In this document: positions 17,706 to 30,404 of the stretch, piece by piece | Layout of the letters: each line of letters begins with the position of its first letter | Position numbering within the stretch: position 1 is the stretch's first letter | Sequence record: OV876907 | DNA from: Escherichia phage UGJNEcP3 | Length of the DNA stretch: 64,000 nt | Reading direction: 5' to 3' (one strand) | Program-made: the position numbers and the translations under genes | The notes under the pieces: generated by a model | What the model was told of the DNA's origin: nothing | Database searches by the model: none | Seen by the model: the letters and a program-made list of their open reading frames with translations, nothing else

Positions 17706-18250
17706 TATTCACCACAATAGTTTTGAATTGATTCCCAGTTCAGAGAACGGAGGCCAGTACGGTTATACTGGATAACTTCAATGCCTGATTCGCGGAGGAT
17801 ATCATCCCATCCTTCAGGATTTCGGTCATAGAGTTCAGCATAAACCAGCGTTTTAATTCCGGACTGCGCAATAGACTTAGCACAATCTGCACACGGGGAC
17901 AGTGTCACATACATCGTAGCGCCGTCAATAGAACTTCCTGTACGAGCTGCGAACAGGATAGCATTCAGTTCGGCATGGATTTCATTTTTGGATGACCATG
18001 CGGCATGAGCCATACGATGTTCTTTAAGAAGAATCGATTTATGGGTCATTCGTGCTGGGTCATACACAACACGAGTCCAGTCCTGTTCCACAGCGTGGTC
18101 ACAACAGTTAACACCGCCGGATGGTGAACCGTTATACCCTGTAGAAATAATGCGGCCATTCTTTTCAATAACCGCGCCTACTTTCCATGAACAACATTTT
18201 GATTCCTGAGAAATCAGATAGGCAATCTGAAGATATGTGCTTGCTTTCAT
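17705..18250 (-). CDS. cd: dCMP deaminase
   Basis: 181 aa; HAELNAI and PCADCA zinc-binding deaminase motifs; T4 position between pseT and 31. Confidence 0.85.
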   Translation of the reverse strand: MKASTYLQIAYLISQESKCCSWKVGAVIEKNGRIISTGYNGSPSGGVNCCDHAVEQDWTRVVYDPARMTHKSILLKEHRMAHAAWSSKNEIHAELNAILFAARTGSSIDGATMYVTLSPCADCAKSIAQSGIKTLVYAELYDRNPEGWDDILRESGIEVIQYNRTGLRSLNWESIQNYCGE

Positions 18251-18480
18251 TCTACGTACACTCGCTGCGCTTCGACCAGACCATCAGAACCAAGTTTTAA
18301 CTGGGTAATCTGGTCCCCATCTTTAGGGTTGACAATCACCAGCACTGCCCGTGGTGTTTCCTGGATTACTCGCAGAGTTGCATCAGGAAAACGTACAGAA
18401 ACCTTATTAATCAGGGCCTGAGCAAATTCTTTAACTTTAACTTGGAACTGCTCTACAGTAATAGGTTGTTCGCTCAGCAT
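18247..18480 (-). CDS. hypothetical protein
   Basis: 77 aa ORF whose stop overlaps the cd start. Confidence 0.4.
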   Translation of the reverse strand: MLSEQPITVEQFQVKVKEFAQALINKVSVRFPDATLRVIQETPRAVLVIVNPKDGDQITQLKLGSDGLVEAQRVYVE

Positions 18481-19034
18481 TAGATGGTCTCCAACTTAAG
18501 TTGTTTGGTAGTGGTAGCTTGGGTAACGTCGCCTTTAACAATATAACACACTTGTTGGAACGAACTGGTCAAAAGCTCTTCGGCTTGTCGATCGGCTTGT
18601 TCCTTTGTGTTATGGCGAGAATGAACTTCAATCTTACCATTTTTAACAATAAGCACTTTCCAATCGGCTGTAGCTTTTACTGGCTTAGGTTCGTCATTTT
18701 CAGGAATACTTACCGATACCAGTGGACGTACTACTTCAATAAAGTATTCGAATTCATGGCCAAAAAAGCCTGATGAATTAAAAAGAACACTATTTGCATC
18801 ATCAGGATTGCCTGTGAGTTTGCTCGGGTCCACAAACATCATCTCGTCATATACACGAATTCGGCTTACGCGTTCGCGCCCATTATGGTAATCAATTTCA
18901 ACTTCAAATGGGTTCATACCTACATACTTGGCAAAAGCTGTATTGAGGCCATAAGAGCCGTTATTAGTGAATTTGTTTTTAGTGTATTCACTAATGAACT
19001 TGTAAAACTTACGCTCTTCAAAGAACTTACTCAT
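18480..19034 (-). CDS. hypothetical protein
   Basis: 184 aa ORF with an early promoter (GTTTAC ... TATGAT) at about 19065-19094. Confidence 0.45.
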   Translation of the reverse strand: MSKFFEERKFYKFISEYTKNKFTNNGSYGLNTAFAKYVGMNPFEVEIDYHNGRERVSRIRVYDEMMFVDPSKLTGNPDDANSVLFNSSGFFGHEFEYFIEVVRPLVSVSIPENDEPKPVKATADWKVLIVKNGKIEVHSRHNTKEQADRQAEELLTSSFQQVCYIVKGDVTQATTTKQLKLETI

Positions 19035-19102
19035 TTCGATTTCCTCATTTGTTTCGGTAAGGTCATCATATCACCGTCCTTGGTGAAAGTAAACACCTTT
19101 TT

Positions 19103-19381
19103 TTAAATTGCTTCGACAACCACCGTTTGTTTCTGGAAGTCCATTTTGCATGAAATAGCCAAAATGTGGTTATCAATTTTAAATGGAACGATTGCAAATG
19201 CTGCACCTGGCGTGAGTTGAACAGTGATTGCATCAACTGCATCAGGGAACATGATTTCCAGAATAGCAGACAAACGACCATGCACCTTTAGTTCAGTCGA
19301 CACGTCGACGGGTTCGTATAGGTAATCAGATACAATCTGACTAAAAATGGTTTTAACAATTTCAGAATAAGTAGGGAACAT
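19103..19381 (-). CDS. hypothetical protein
   Basis: 92 aa ORF. Confidence 0.35.
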   Translation of the reverse strand: MFPTYSEIVKTIFSQIVSDYLYEPVDVSTELKVHGRLSAILEIMFPDAVDAITVQLTPGAAFAIVPFKIDNHILAISCKMDFQKQTVVVEAI

Positions 19382-19388
19382 AATTACC

Positions 19389-19604
19389 TCAGTGTACTGT
19401 ATGGACCTTCACGTTAACAATAAACCGGTCAACGACTTCAGTCAGAGGAACGAACTCAACATAGTACTCGCCTTTGTAACGTTCATTGAGGTCATTACGA
19501 AGGGCCGCTAGTGAGTTAATGAGGGTAGGAGACATATTCTGACCTACCAGTTTCTGAAGCTCTTTATAAGCTTCTTCTTCAACTTCATGGTGTTTGTTAT
19601 ACAT
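19389..19604 (-). CDS. hypothetical protein (start re-set)
   Basis: Track ORF 19389-19709 overlaps the upstream ORF by over 100 nt; the ATG at 19604 is more plausible. Confidence 0.3.
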   Translation of the reverse strand: MYNKHHEVEEEAYKELQKLVGQNMSPTLINSLAALRNDLNERYKGEYYVEFVPLTEVVDRFIVNVKVHTVH

Positions 19605-19793
19605 AGTGTTCTTCCAAGAAGGCAAGGAGTTCAGGAGCGGATTTAAAAATACCACCATCGACCTTGTCTTCATCTTTATAGTCCATAACATCCAGGCCAA
19701 TACGTCCATCAGTTAAAGGCCATACGCCGAAGAAAAAGCATTTACGTTTTTCAATTTCTTCGATTGTACGAAAAATCTTTTCGATATTATTCA

Positions 19794-19794
<1 letters not shown>
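19597..19794 (-). CDS. hypothetical protein
   Basis: 65 aa ORF immediately downstream of pseT. Confidence 0.35.
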
Positions 19795-21012
<1,218 letters not shown>

Positions 21013-21016
<4 letters not shown>

Positions 21017-21495
21017 ACACCAAGCTCCTTATAAAGTTCTTCGCGACAGGTTTTCAGAAGTTTACCACTTTCATATGCTGATTTTTCATCAACATCACCT
21101 AAAGCCACAGCTTGCTGCATCTGGCCGTGGCGTTTAGCTGCGTATTCAAAACTTTTTACTAGCTCACGAATACGTTCTTTTTCATTGTACTCTTCAATGA
21201 ATTCAGGGTATTCCCAAACAGGTCGCATCATACGATACCACTGTTGGATGGTAATATAATTACTTCCGTTCAAATTAATAATCTGTGAAGGCTCAATAGA
21301 CCCTGGAGCATAAAAAGTTACCTGTCTTACTACATCAATACCGTCCACAATAGCCCAAGCAAAATCGAAAGTTGCCTTCTTTTCAATAGGAGTGCTTGCA
21401 CAGGACCCTAGTTTAAGGAGCTTTTGTAATACAGGAGATTTAATACTTGAAATGTATTCTGGCTTAGCCACAAAACTGTTATCACGTAATGTCAT
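21013..21495 (-). CDS. hypothetical protein (start re-set to the ATG with GAGGAAATTATT context)
   Basis: Track ORF reaches 21531; the internal ATG at 21495 has the recurrent RBS context. Confidence 0.4.
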
Positions 21496-21659
21496 AATAA
21501 TTTCCTCAATTTTTATAATCCGTAGGAGCATTATACTCTGCTCCCAAGAGTTTGTAAACTACTTTCCGAAAAGACCTTGGACACATAAAGTGGCCGCAAT
21601 TCCAAAACAAAAACAGAATGCACCAAATCTAACAATACCCCAACCAAGACTACACTCAA

Positions 21660-21950
21660 TCATTTGCACTTCTCCTCTTTCAGCCCGGAACGATAATAAC
21701 ATACCATAGATTTCTGGTCTTGTACATATCTTTTTACGTCATTCAACCAAATACGATGTTCTTGGGAATCTTCAAATGGCATTCCAACCCAGGCCTTACC
21801 ATCGATAACCTTAACCTGCCATTTAACCGAATGTTCGGCAATAGGTTGCGGCCATGAAGGGTGGAGTTGTTGTTTAGGCACTACAGGAACATCCTGGGCA
21901 CACCCAACTAACAAGCCAATAGATAACATTACTGCAGACAATTTAATCAT
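21660..21950 (-). CDS. outer-membrane lipoprotein spanin (o-spanin, Rz1 equivalent; T4 pseT.2 position)
   Basis: 96 aa; signal peptide with lipobox LLVGC, Pro-rich mature part, C-terminal Cys residues; start overlaps the upstream i-spanin stop by 4 nt. Confidence 0.6.
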   Translation of the reverse strand: MIKLSAVMLSIGLLVGCAQDVPVVPKQQLHPSWPQPIAEHSVKWQVKVIDGKAWVGMPFEDSQEHRIWLNDVKRYVQDQKSMVCYYRSGLKEEKCK

Positions 21951-22300
21951 TCTGTGATGCTCCTGAAGTCTTTGGCAAAGGAATCGAAGGACTTGTTGAT
22001 TTGTTTTTCGACCAATCCTGGCTTACTTGCCACCACGTGCGCCTTCTTCGAATCTTTACGGAGCTTTTCATTTTCTACCTTAATTTTATCCATTCGGGCA
22101 TTCATTTCAGTAGTACGGAATTCAATATCTGAGTATTGGCCACGAAGGTCATCAACAGCTTCAGCGTTCTGTTTAGCCGTTTGCTGGGTTGTTTTAAGTT
22201 CTTCAGTTAATGTATCAATACGGCTTGATTGATATGAAATCAGACCATAAGCACCTACTGCAAGAGCTCCGGCTAAAAGGTAAATACTTAATTTAGACAT
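21947..22300 (-). CDS. inner-membrane spanin (i-spanin, Rz equivalent; T4 pseT.3 position)
   Basis: 117 aa; N-terminal transmembrane segment LSIYLLAGALAVGAYGLI followed by a charged coiled-coil-like region. Confidence 0.6.
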   Translation of the reverse strand: MSKLSIYLLAGALAVGAYGLISYQSSRIDTLTEELKTTQQTAKQNAEAVDDLRGQYSDIEFRTTEMNARMDKIKVENEKLRKDSKKAHVVASKPGLVEKQINKSFDSFAKDFRSITE

Positions 22301-22788
22301 TTGGTAATAATCTCGATGATATCATCACGTGACAGGGAATTAATAAGAACCGTTTTAGGGTTTTCACACTGAATTTTATACGTTTCAAACATAAAACATA
22401 ATTCTTCAGCGGTATGGTAAGGACTTGAAATGCCGAGGCGATTAAACTTGTCGCTTAATGGGTCGCAAATCAAATAGAAAGTGATTCCTGAGATTTTAAC
22501 ATTAGGCTGACTGATATTAATGAACACCTCGGCATCATACTTAGAAAGGTTGTTTTGGAGAAACTCTACCATAGAGTTAACAGCTTCAGGCATGGCTTCA
22601 CGCTTTTCTTCTGCATAACGGGTAGAGTATTCTTTTTGCTTGATTTTCTTTTTAGCATTTTTAGCTAAAGTAACACGAAGATCGGTCAGGTAACCTACTG
22701 CACGGGAACCTTTAAAAACTTGGATACCGTCAGTAGAATCACCAAAAGCTTTAACAACCATTTCGTTAGTAATCATTTGCATATTCAT
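22288..22788 (-). CDS. hypothetical protein; possible Alc by size and position next to gene 63
   Basis: 166 aa ORF between rnlA and the spanins, with its own early promoter module. T4 Alc is about 167 aa at this position; sequence identity not confirmed from memory. Confidence 0.35.
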   Translation of the reverse strand: MNMQMITNEMVVKAFGDSTDGIQVFKGSRAVGYLTDLRVTLAKNAKKKIKQKEYSTRYAEEKREAMPEAVNSMVEFLQNNLSKYDAEVFINISQPNVKISGITFYLICDPLSDKFNRLGISSPYHTAEELCFMFETYKIQCENPKTVLINSLSRDDIIEIITKCLN

Positions 22789-22818
22789 TTTGTTTTCTCC
22801 TCATTAGTTGGTAGGTCT

Positions 22819-22847
22819 ATACTAACACATCATGAGGAGATGTAAAC
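22819..22847 (-). promoter_or_regulatory. T4-type early promoter
   Basis: Minus strand GTTTAC, 17 nt, TAGTAT, then leader AGACCTACCAACTAATGAGGAGA before the ATG at 22788. Confidence 0.5.
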
Positions 22848-23995
22848 TACTCTATCACAATTTCTTTCAAATATTTTTCAGGGATTTGGGCCTTATGATT
22901 TTTCAAGAACACAGAGTTAATCTGGTCTACGACCGTATCATAATTAATGCCGCCCACGTACGCCTGCATAAGAATAGAGAACAACCCTGGGAAGTCCTTA
23001 AGGATTAATTGACCTGTAACGGCGTAGTCCTTACGGTCCCGGCCCTTGAGCTGAGAATATGCTGCTTCTAACAAAGCCAGTGATTGTTCTAAGTAATCTA
23101 AATGGATACGTTCAAAGGCATCGATTTTCTCGATAGCAAACGAATCCGTACTGAACAGACCACGAAGGTCATCAGTTCCGCCAGCCACTACAACTTCAAA
23201 CAAACGTTCGTTATTGTTAATGGAATCTTTGGTATGATGTAGTGCACTGTACCATGCAGTTTTGAGTTTAAAGAACGTACCATCTTTCAGTACAAAGATA
23301 AAACCTTCAATAGCCTCTTGTTTACGAATGTTTTCTACGAAATCACCCTCGGTGAGGTCATAGCTTTCAACCAAATGCTTACGCAGGGCGCCGTCCTTAA
23401 ACAATTCCGCATACGGAATATATTCACCCGTTTCATTATTACGAACGTTCAACAGGATAAGGTTTGTTTCTTGGTAAGCCAGCACTATACGGTTGGTAGG
23501 TGCAACATATTCAAGGTTACAGGTGTACCCGGCTTTGGTGATTTCTTCCAGTCGAGCAGCAAAAGCCTCGTTCTCAGGGAGACGAAGGAAACGTAAAGAA
23601 TCATGCACCATTGACGAATGGATAGAGCCTTTAGATTTAACAGAAAGATACTGTCGGTCCATGAATGTAGAAATCAGAGAACCGTCTTCCTTAGCCATAA
23701 CCAAGTCAATATTTTCTGGTGACAAATCTAGACCGATGGTCAACGGGTTTTCATCGAGATTAAAGAACTTTTGCATAGGACGAGCCGCGATACGTACAGG
23801 ACCGTTCTCGTCCATTTCAAACATAATGCCTCGGCACTCTAGGGCGCCGTCTTCCAACCAATCACTGTACGATGCATAGTTATAACTAAAGATGCGATAG
23901 TTGACTCCTAGCGCACTCTGGAAGTCTTTAAAGAAGAACTTAGATTTAGTTGAGTTTTTAACCAAAGTCATCAAGTTATCATATAATTCAATCAT
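22847..23995 (-). CDS. rnlA: RNA ligase 1 (gp63)
   Basis: 382 aa; RIFSYNYASYSDWL...ALECRGIMFEMD... and nucleotidyltransferase lysine motif KEDGSL; near-identical in blocks to recalled T4 Rnl1. Confidence 0.85.
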   Translation of the reverse strand: MIELYDNLMTLVKNSTKSKFFFKDFQSALGVNYRIFSYNYASYSDWLEDGALECRGIMFEMDENGPVRIAARPMQKFFNLDENPLTIGLDLSPENIDLVMAKEDGSLISTFMDRQYLSVKSKGSIHSSMVHDSLRFLRLPENEAFAARLEEITKAGYTCNLEYVAPTNRIVLAYQETNLILLNVRNNETGEYIPYAELFKDGALRKHLVESYDLTEGDFVENIRKQEAIEGFIFVLKDGTFFKLKTAWYSALHHTKDSINNNERLFEVVVAGGTDDLRGLFSTDSFAIEKIDAFERIHLDYLEQSLALLEAAYSQLKGRDRKDYAVTGQLILKDFPGLFSILMQAYVGGINYDTVVDQINSVFLKNHKAQIPEKYLKEIVIE

Positions 23996-23999
23996 TGCT

Positions 24000-24413
24000 T
24001 TATCCTTTTAATCGGTGTTGGGTATTCCAAGGTGGATTAAATTTCTTTATGAACATTGGCTCTTCAAGAGACATGGTCTCAACTGACATAGTTCCAAGTT
24101 CGTTAGTCATCGACAGATTAAAGCACTGCCGTGCATAGAACTCCACCTTTTTACCTGCCATTAATGCTTCATGAATCAGAATGGACTTAGTCGAATCTGA
24201 CGTTTGGTCCTTACGATTAATAGCGGTTCGGTAGTAGTTGATGCGCTTACGAAGATTTTTAGTCTTCCCGATGTAGACTAGTATATCATCGACCGCTATA
24301 GCATATATGACATTTTGTTTATTTGGTACTGTGAGCGGAGCTATGGTGGCGTCATCTTGGAGTTCTAGGGTGACGTACTTGATAAAGCTAAATTCGTCTG
24401 CGATTTCTTTCAT
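24000..24413 (-). CDS. denA: endonuclease II (GIY-YIG family)
   Basis: Start re-set to MKEIADEFSFIKY...; VIYAIAVDDILVYIGKTKNLRKRINYYRTAINRKD matches recalled T4 EndoII. The track M1 at 24437 reads through an upstream hairpin. Confidence 0.8.
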   Translation of the reverse strand: MKEIADEFSFIKYVTLELQDDATIAPLTVPNKQNVIYAIAVDDILVYIGKTKNLRKRINYYRTAINRKDQTSDSTKSILIHEALMAGKKVEFYARQCFNLSMTNELGTMSVETMSLEEPMFIKKFNPPWNTQHRLKG

Positions 24414-24440
24414 AGCAATAAGGGCCCGAAGCCCCATTCC

Positions 24441-25649
24441 TTAAAAATATTTCTTGTACGATGCCATTACTTTTTCATCAACATCGTTATCAATTTGTGC
24501 TACAAGGTAAGAACTGATTTCCACTTCCTGAGGAGCAGCCTGTACAGAATCAGAGTTCAGGTATTCGCGAATCCAAGGATATGGGTGGCGAGTAGGGGCA
24601 TCAGTAATAGGACACGGTAAGCCACATTGCTTCATACGAGAAACTGTCAGGTAATCGACAAAAGCACCCATGTTCTGAGTATTTAATCCAGGGCAAGTAC
24701 CATCTTTGAACAGGTGAGCAGCCCATTCTTTTTCTTGACGGTTAACTTCCATGAAAATATCAACTGCTTCTTGTTCACACTCTTGAGCAATTTTAACCCA
24801 TTCGTCACCGTCAGTACCAAGTTGGAGTTGACGAATAATGTACTGAGTACCTTTAAGGTGAAGCTGTTCATCACGTGCAATGAACTTCATAATCTTAGCA
24901 TTACCTTCCATGATTTCCATGTTTTTATGGAAGTTAAAGGTGCATGCGAAAGATACATAAAAACGAATAGCTTCCAATGCGTTGATTACATGAAGGCAAA
25001 GGTAAAGGGATTTCATTAGCTCACGCTTCCAATACATCTCATGCTCAATAGCATCTTCAATATCGTCTTCGTCTGCATTAATTTCTTTTTGGTATTCGAT
25101 ATCAGCTTTAGCATTCTGCCAATAGCGAGTTTTCTCAATAACGTCGTCGTAATAACGACCAATAGATTCAGCACGTTTCATAATAGCGTCATCTAACAGA
25201 ATTTCATCAAATACCTTTGATGGGTCTGTATAGAGGTTACGCATGATATGGGTATATGAACGAGAGTGAATAGTCTCACTAAAGGTCCATGTAGCCACCC
25301 ATGTATCAAGGCTAGGGTCTGAAATCAAGGCTTGAAGTGCAGCAGAAGGAGCACGTCCTTGGATACTATCCAGAAGTGATTGATACTTCAGGTTATTGGT
25401 AAAAATATTTTGTTGGAATTGTGGAAGCTTATTAAATTGAGCAGCATCCATCATCAAGTTGACTTCTTCTGGACGCCAGAAAAAACTCAACTGCTTTTCA
25501 CAAAGCTCTTCGAATACTTTATGACGTTGGATATCATAACGAGCAATACCCAATCCTGAACCAAAGAACATCGGTTCGGCTAAAACATCAACTGGGGTGG
25601 TATTAAAAACTGTAGACATGTTATTCTCATTTGTTAGTGACTCATCCAT
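24441..25649 (-). CDS. nrdB: ribonucleotide reductase small subunit
   Basis: 402 aa continuous ORF (no intron); T4 order denA-nrdB-nrdA. Confidence 0.75.
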   Translation of the reverse strand: MDESLTNENNMSTVFNTTPVDVLAEPMFFGSGLGIARYDIQRHKVFEELCEKQLSFFWRPEEVNLMMDAAQFNKLPQFQQNIFTNNLKYQSLLDSIQGRAPSAALQALISDPSLDTWVATWTFSETIHSRSYTHIMRNLYTDPSKVFDEILLDDAIMKRAESIGRYYDDVIEKTRYWQNAKADIEYQKEINADEDDIEDAIEHEMYWKRELMKSLYLCLHVINALEAIRFYVSFACTFNFHKNMEIMEGNAKIMKFIARDEQLHLKGTQYIIRQLQLGTDGDEWVKIAQECEQEAVDIFMEVNRQEKEWAAHLFKDGTCPGLNTQNMGAFVDYLTVSRMKQCGLPCPITDAPTRHPYPWIREYLNSDSVQAAPQEVEISSYLVAQIDNDVDEKVMASYKKYF

Positions 25650-25672
25650 GAGTCAATTATAATCAGATTTTA

Positions 25673-27928
25673 TTAAAGCTTACAAGCTGCACAATCGTCG
25701 GCTTTAGGAGTTTCGATTTCATAGTCATCAGTACCAGAGCCATCACGGGTATTATGATAGTAAAGGTTCTTACCACCGTAGTACCAGAAATACAGCAGGT
25801 CATCAAGCATTACCGACATCGGAACTTTTCCTTTTGGAAAAATCTGTGGGTCATAATATGTATTAGCTGATGCCGATTGACACACCCATTTCAACGCTAT
25901 TGCCACTTGGGTAAGATAAGGTTTATTACCTTTCTTAGCGAGGCTCCAAGCGTAATCGTAGAGTCCTTGGTTATGTTCTACATTAGGAACTACCTGACGG
26001 AAGTTACCTTCTTTAGATTCTTTAATACTTACCGGACCGCGCGGAGGTTCGATACCGTTTGTAGAGTTGGAAACCTGGCTGCTTGACTCGCATGGCATAA
26101 GTGCTGATAATGTGCTATTACGGATGCCATGTTTAGCCAGGTCTTCCCGCAACGACGACCAGTCACAAACGTAGTTCGGAGCTGCGATTTGGTCAATTTT
26201 TTTATTGTACCAGTCGATAGGAAGCTCGCCTCGAGACCAACGAGTGTCTGAATAATACTCGCAAGGTCCTTTTTCTTCGGCCAACTTGATTGATGCTCGG
26301 ATAAGTCCATACTGTAATCTCTCAAACAGTTCGTGAGTTAAATCGTTTGCGTCTTCATAAGAAGCAAAGTTGCTTGCCAACCAAGCGGCGTAGTTCGTAA
26401 CACCAACACCCAGGTTACGACGTTTCTTAGCCTTCAGAGCTTCAGGAACAGGATAATCTTGGTAGTCTAACAAGTTATCAAGTGCACGGACTTGTACTTC
26501 AGCGAGCTCGTTAATTTTGTCTTGGTCTTGCCAATCAAAGTTATCTAACACAAATGCAGACAGCGTACACAATCCAATTTCAGCGTCCGGACTATTCACA
26601 TCAGTAGTCGGGATAGCAATTTCACAACACAAGTTGCTCTGGCGAATAGGAGCTTTCTCACGAATAAATGGTGTGAAGTTATTAGTGTTATCAACGAATT
26701 GAGGATAAATTCGTGCAGTGCCTGAACGTTCGGTCATGAACAATTCAAAGAGGTCACGTGCTTTAATACGTTTCTTACGAATACTAGGGTCTTTTTCTGC
26801 GGCTTCATACAATTCACGGAAACGGTCTTGGTCTTCGAAATAAGAATAGTAAAGCTCACCACCCATTTCATGAGGACTAAACAACGTGATGTAATCATTT
26901 TTACCGAAACGTTCCATCATAAGGTCGTTCATCTGGATTCCGTAGTCCATATGGCGAATACGGTTCTCATCGACACCTTTGTTGTTTTTCAGAACGAGCA
27001 GATTTTCAACTTCCAAATGCCAAATAGGATAATAAGCAGTAGCAGCGCCGCCACGGATTCCACCTTGTGAACATGATTTAACAGCAGTCTGGAAATGTTT
27101 CCAGAATGGAATAACGCCGGTATGTTTGACTTCACCCATGCCAATACGAGAACCTTCAGCACGAATCATACCAACGTTGATACCAATACCTGCTCGTTTA
27201 GAAATGTATTCAATTATTGAGTTAGCAGTTTTGTTAATAGATTTCAGCGAGTCGCCTGCTTCAATAACCACACAAGAACTAAATTGACGGGTTGGGGTAC
27301 GTGCTCCAGCCATAATAGGAGTAGGCAACGAAACCTGACGAGTACTTACGGCATCATAAAAACGAATAATATGTGCTAAACGATTACCTGGCTCGTCTTG
27401 GTGTAAGGCCATACCAATACACATGATAGCGAACTGAGGAGTTTCGTAGATTTTACCGGTTGTTTTATCTTTAACCAGATATTTCTCTTTCAGCTGCATT
27501 GCACCGGCATAAGTCAATTCGAAATCGCGTTCATGCTTGATATGAGATTCTAAGAAAGTAATTTCTTCTGCAGAATATCGAGATAACAATTCAGGGTCAT
27601 ATTTACCTTCGTTAACACAATAGGAAATATGGTCGATAAAACTGCGTGGTTCAAACTGCCCATAAACTTCTTTACGCAGTGCAAACATCAATTCTTTTGC
27701 CGCTACGTACTGGTAATCAGGTTCTTCAACTGAAATAAGGTTAGCCGCAACTTTAACAGTTAGATTCTGGATATCTTTGGTAGTCATACCATCACGAAGG
27801 TGGGGTTTAATTTCTTCGTATAATTCATAGGGGTCGATTTGGGTTCCTTCACATCCCCAAGTCAGAACTTTAATAATTTTTTGTGCGTCAAAATCTTGGG
27901 ATACACCACTACTCTTTTGTACTTGCAT
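25673..27928 (-). CDS. nrdA: ribonucleotide reductase large subunit
   Basis: 751 aa; C-terminal paired-Cys tail (DCAACKL); size and synteny match T4 NrdA. Confidence 0.8.
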   Translation of the reverse strand: MQVQKSSGVSQDFDAQKIIKVLTWGCEGTQIDPYELYEEIKPHLRDGMTTKDIQNLTVKVAANLISVEEPDYQYVAAKELMFALRKEVYGQFEPRSFIDHISYCVNEGKYDPELLSRYSAEEITFLESHIKHERDFELTYAGAMQLKEKYLVKDKTTGKIYETPQFAIMCIGMALHQDEPGNRLAHIIRFYDAVSTRQVSLPTPIMAGARTPTRQFSSCVVIEAGDSLKSINKTANSIIEYISKRAGIGINVGMIRAEGSRIGMGEVKHTGVIPFWKHFQTAVKSCSQGGIRGGAATAYYPIWHLEVENLLVLKNNKGVDENRIRHMDYGIQMNDLMMERFGKNDYITLFSPHEMGGELYYSYFEDQDRFRELYEAAEKDPSIRKKRIKARDLFELFMTERSGTARIYPQFVDNTNNFTPFIREKAPIRQSNLCCEIAIPTTDVNSPDAEIGLCTLSAFVLDNFDWQDQDKINELAEVQVRALDNLLDYQDYPVPEALKAKKRRNLGVGVTNYAAWLASNFASYEDANDLTHELFERLQYGLIRASIKLAEEKGPCEYYSDTRWSRGELPIDWYNKKIDQIAAPNYVCDWSSLREDLAKHGIRNSTLSALMPCESSSQVSNSTNGIEPPRGPVSIKESKEGNFRQVVPNVEHNQGLYDYAWSLAKKGNKPYLTQVAIALKWVCQSASANTYYDPQIFPKGKVPMSVMLDDLLYFWYYGGKNLYYHNTRDGSGTDDYEIETPKADDCAACKL

Positions 27929-28056
27929 AATTTCCTCAATATGTTAGGTTCTACAATTATTCTATCATAGAACCTGTTAAGCATGGACTGATATTTATAG
28001 AATGAAATTCAGTCCGACCATAATAACCAAAAACAGAGTACAGATTATTTGAATTT

Positions 28057-29507
<1,451 letters not shown>

Positions 29508-29837
29508 TTAACTGCATTTTTTAATTGCGGTAAAATCTTTGCGAATATCAAGAACCAATTTGTAAAGATGTTTAATGGTATCAGTATCAAAATAAGCGAC
29601 GGCACAACGTGATTGGCGAATATCTTCTAATGAATATTTGCTTTCGCTAGACCCATATCCAATGATACCACTAATGCACTTGTCATTAAGCGTATATTTC
29701 TGTGGGCCATCAATATTATTTTTAGGATAGATGTAAAGGCTCCAATCAAATTTTTGTTCAAGCGTATTAACCTTAACTTCAAGAATCAGTTCAGGATGTG
29801 GATCATCTTTGGCAAAGCAAGTGTATTCAGTAAGCAT
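29508..29837 (-). CDS. hypothetical protein (start re-set)
   Basis: ATG at 29837 is preceded by GAGGAAAATATA; the track M1 at 29978 overlaps the upstream gene. Confidence 0.35.
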   Translation of the reverse strand: MLTEYTCFAKDDPHPELILEVKVNTLEQKFDWSLYIYPKNNIDGPQKYTLNDKCISGIIGYGSSESKYSLEDIRQSRCAVAYFDTDTIKHLYKLVLDIRKDFTAIKKCS

Positions 29838-29847
29838 TATATTTTCC

Positions 29848-30087
29848 TCACGCTTTCTTAGCGACTTTCCAGTCAGCTTTAAATTGGCCGACATCAGAGT
29901 GGTGAATCCAGAAACCAGATGAGCTACCATCTTCATAAAGAGGACACCCGTCGCACTCATCTTTCCAACCCATTTCACACAAAGCTTGTTCGGCTTTTTC
30001 TAAAGCTTCCGGATTGTTACCCTGGATTGTGAAGTACCATTTGCCTTTAACTTCAGAATCGTTGATTGATTCTCGTTGTAATTTCAT
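29848..30087 (-). CDS. hypothetical protein (start re-set)
   Basis: ATG at 30087 is preceded by AAGGAGAATAAA and lies downstream of promoter module 30113-30142. Confidence 0.4.
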   Translation of the reverse strand: MKLQRESINDSEVKGKWYFTIQGNNPEALEKAEQALCEMGWKDECDGCPLYEDGSSSGFWIHHSDVGQFKADWKVAKKA

Positions 30088-30112
30088 TTTATTCTCCTTA
30101 GTTGGTAAGGCT

Positions 30113-30142
30113 ATAGTATCACTACCATAGCCTGGTGTAAAC
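30113..30142 (-). promoter_or_regulatory. T4-type early promoter
   Basis: Minus strand GTTTAC, 18 nt, TACTAT, then conserved leader. Confidence 0.5.
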
Positions 30143-30144
30143 AC

Positions 30145-30372
30145 TTATTTTTGAATTAAGCCCATATAAAATTTAGTGTCTTCCGGGTGCATACCGTCAC
30201 AATACTCGACAGCCATAAAGCGGGTAAGGTCTTCAAGAGGACCCTGGACTTCAATTTGCATACTACAGAATTGAGTATCTTTAATATGGGTCATAACTAA
30301 AGAAGGATAACGATTACGGATAACTTCGTAAGTGTATTCAAAATCAACGATATCAATATTAACCTTAGCCAT
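30145..30372 (-). CDS. hypothetical protein (start re-set; track M1 is the leader ATG)
   Basis: MAKVNIDIV... start with GAGGAAAATAAA RBS; the upstream ATG sits inside the conserved leader CAACTAATGAG. Confidence 0.4.
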   Translation of the reverse strand: MAKVNIDIVDFEYTYEVIRNRYPSLVMTHIKDTQFCSMQIEVQGPLEDLTRFMAVEYCDGMHPEDTKFYMGLIQK

Positions 30373-30404
30373 TTTATTTTCCTCACTCATTAGTTGATAG
30401 GTCT

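Noticed and set aside
24414-24437. N-terminal extensions of track ORFs (denA here, and the ORFs at 14751-15071, 30145-30390, 50326-50580, 50805-51116, 51128-51418) considered as real coding sequence
   Set aside because: The extensions are translations of conserved promoter leaders or hairpins; an internal ATG with the GAGGAAA-type RBS gives the expected protein length.
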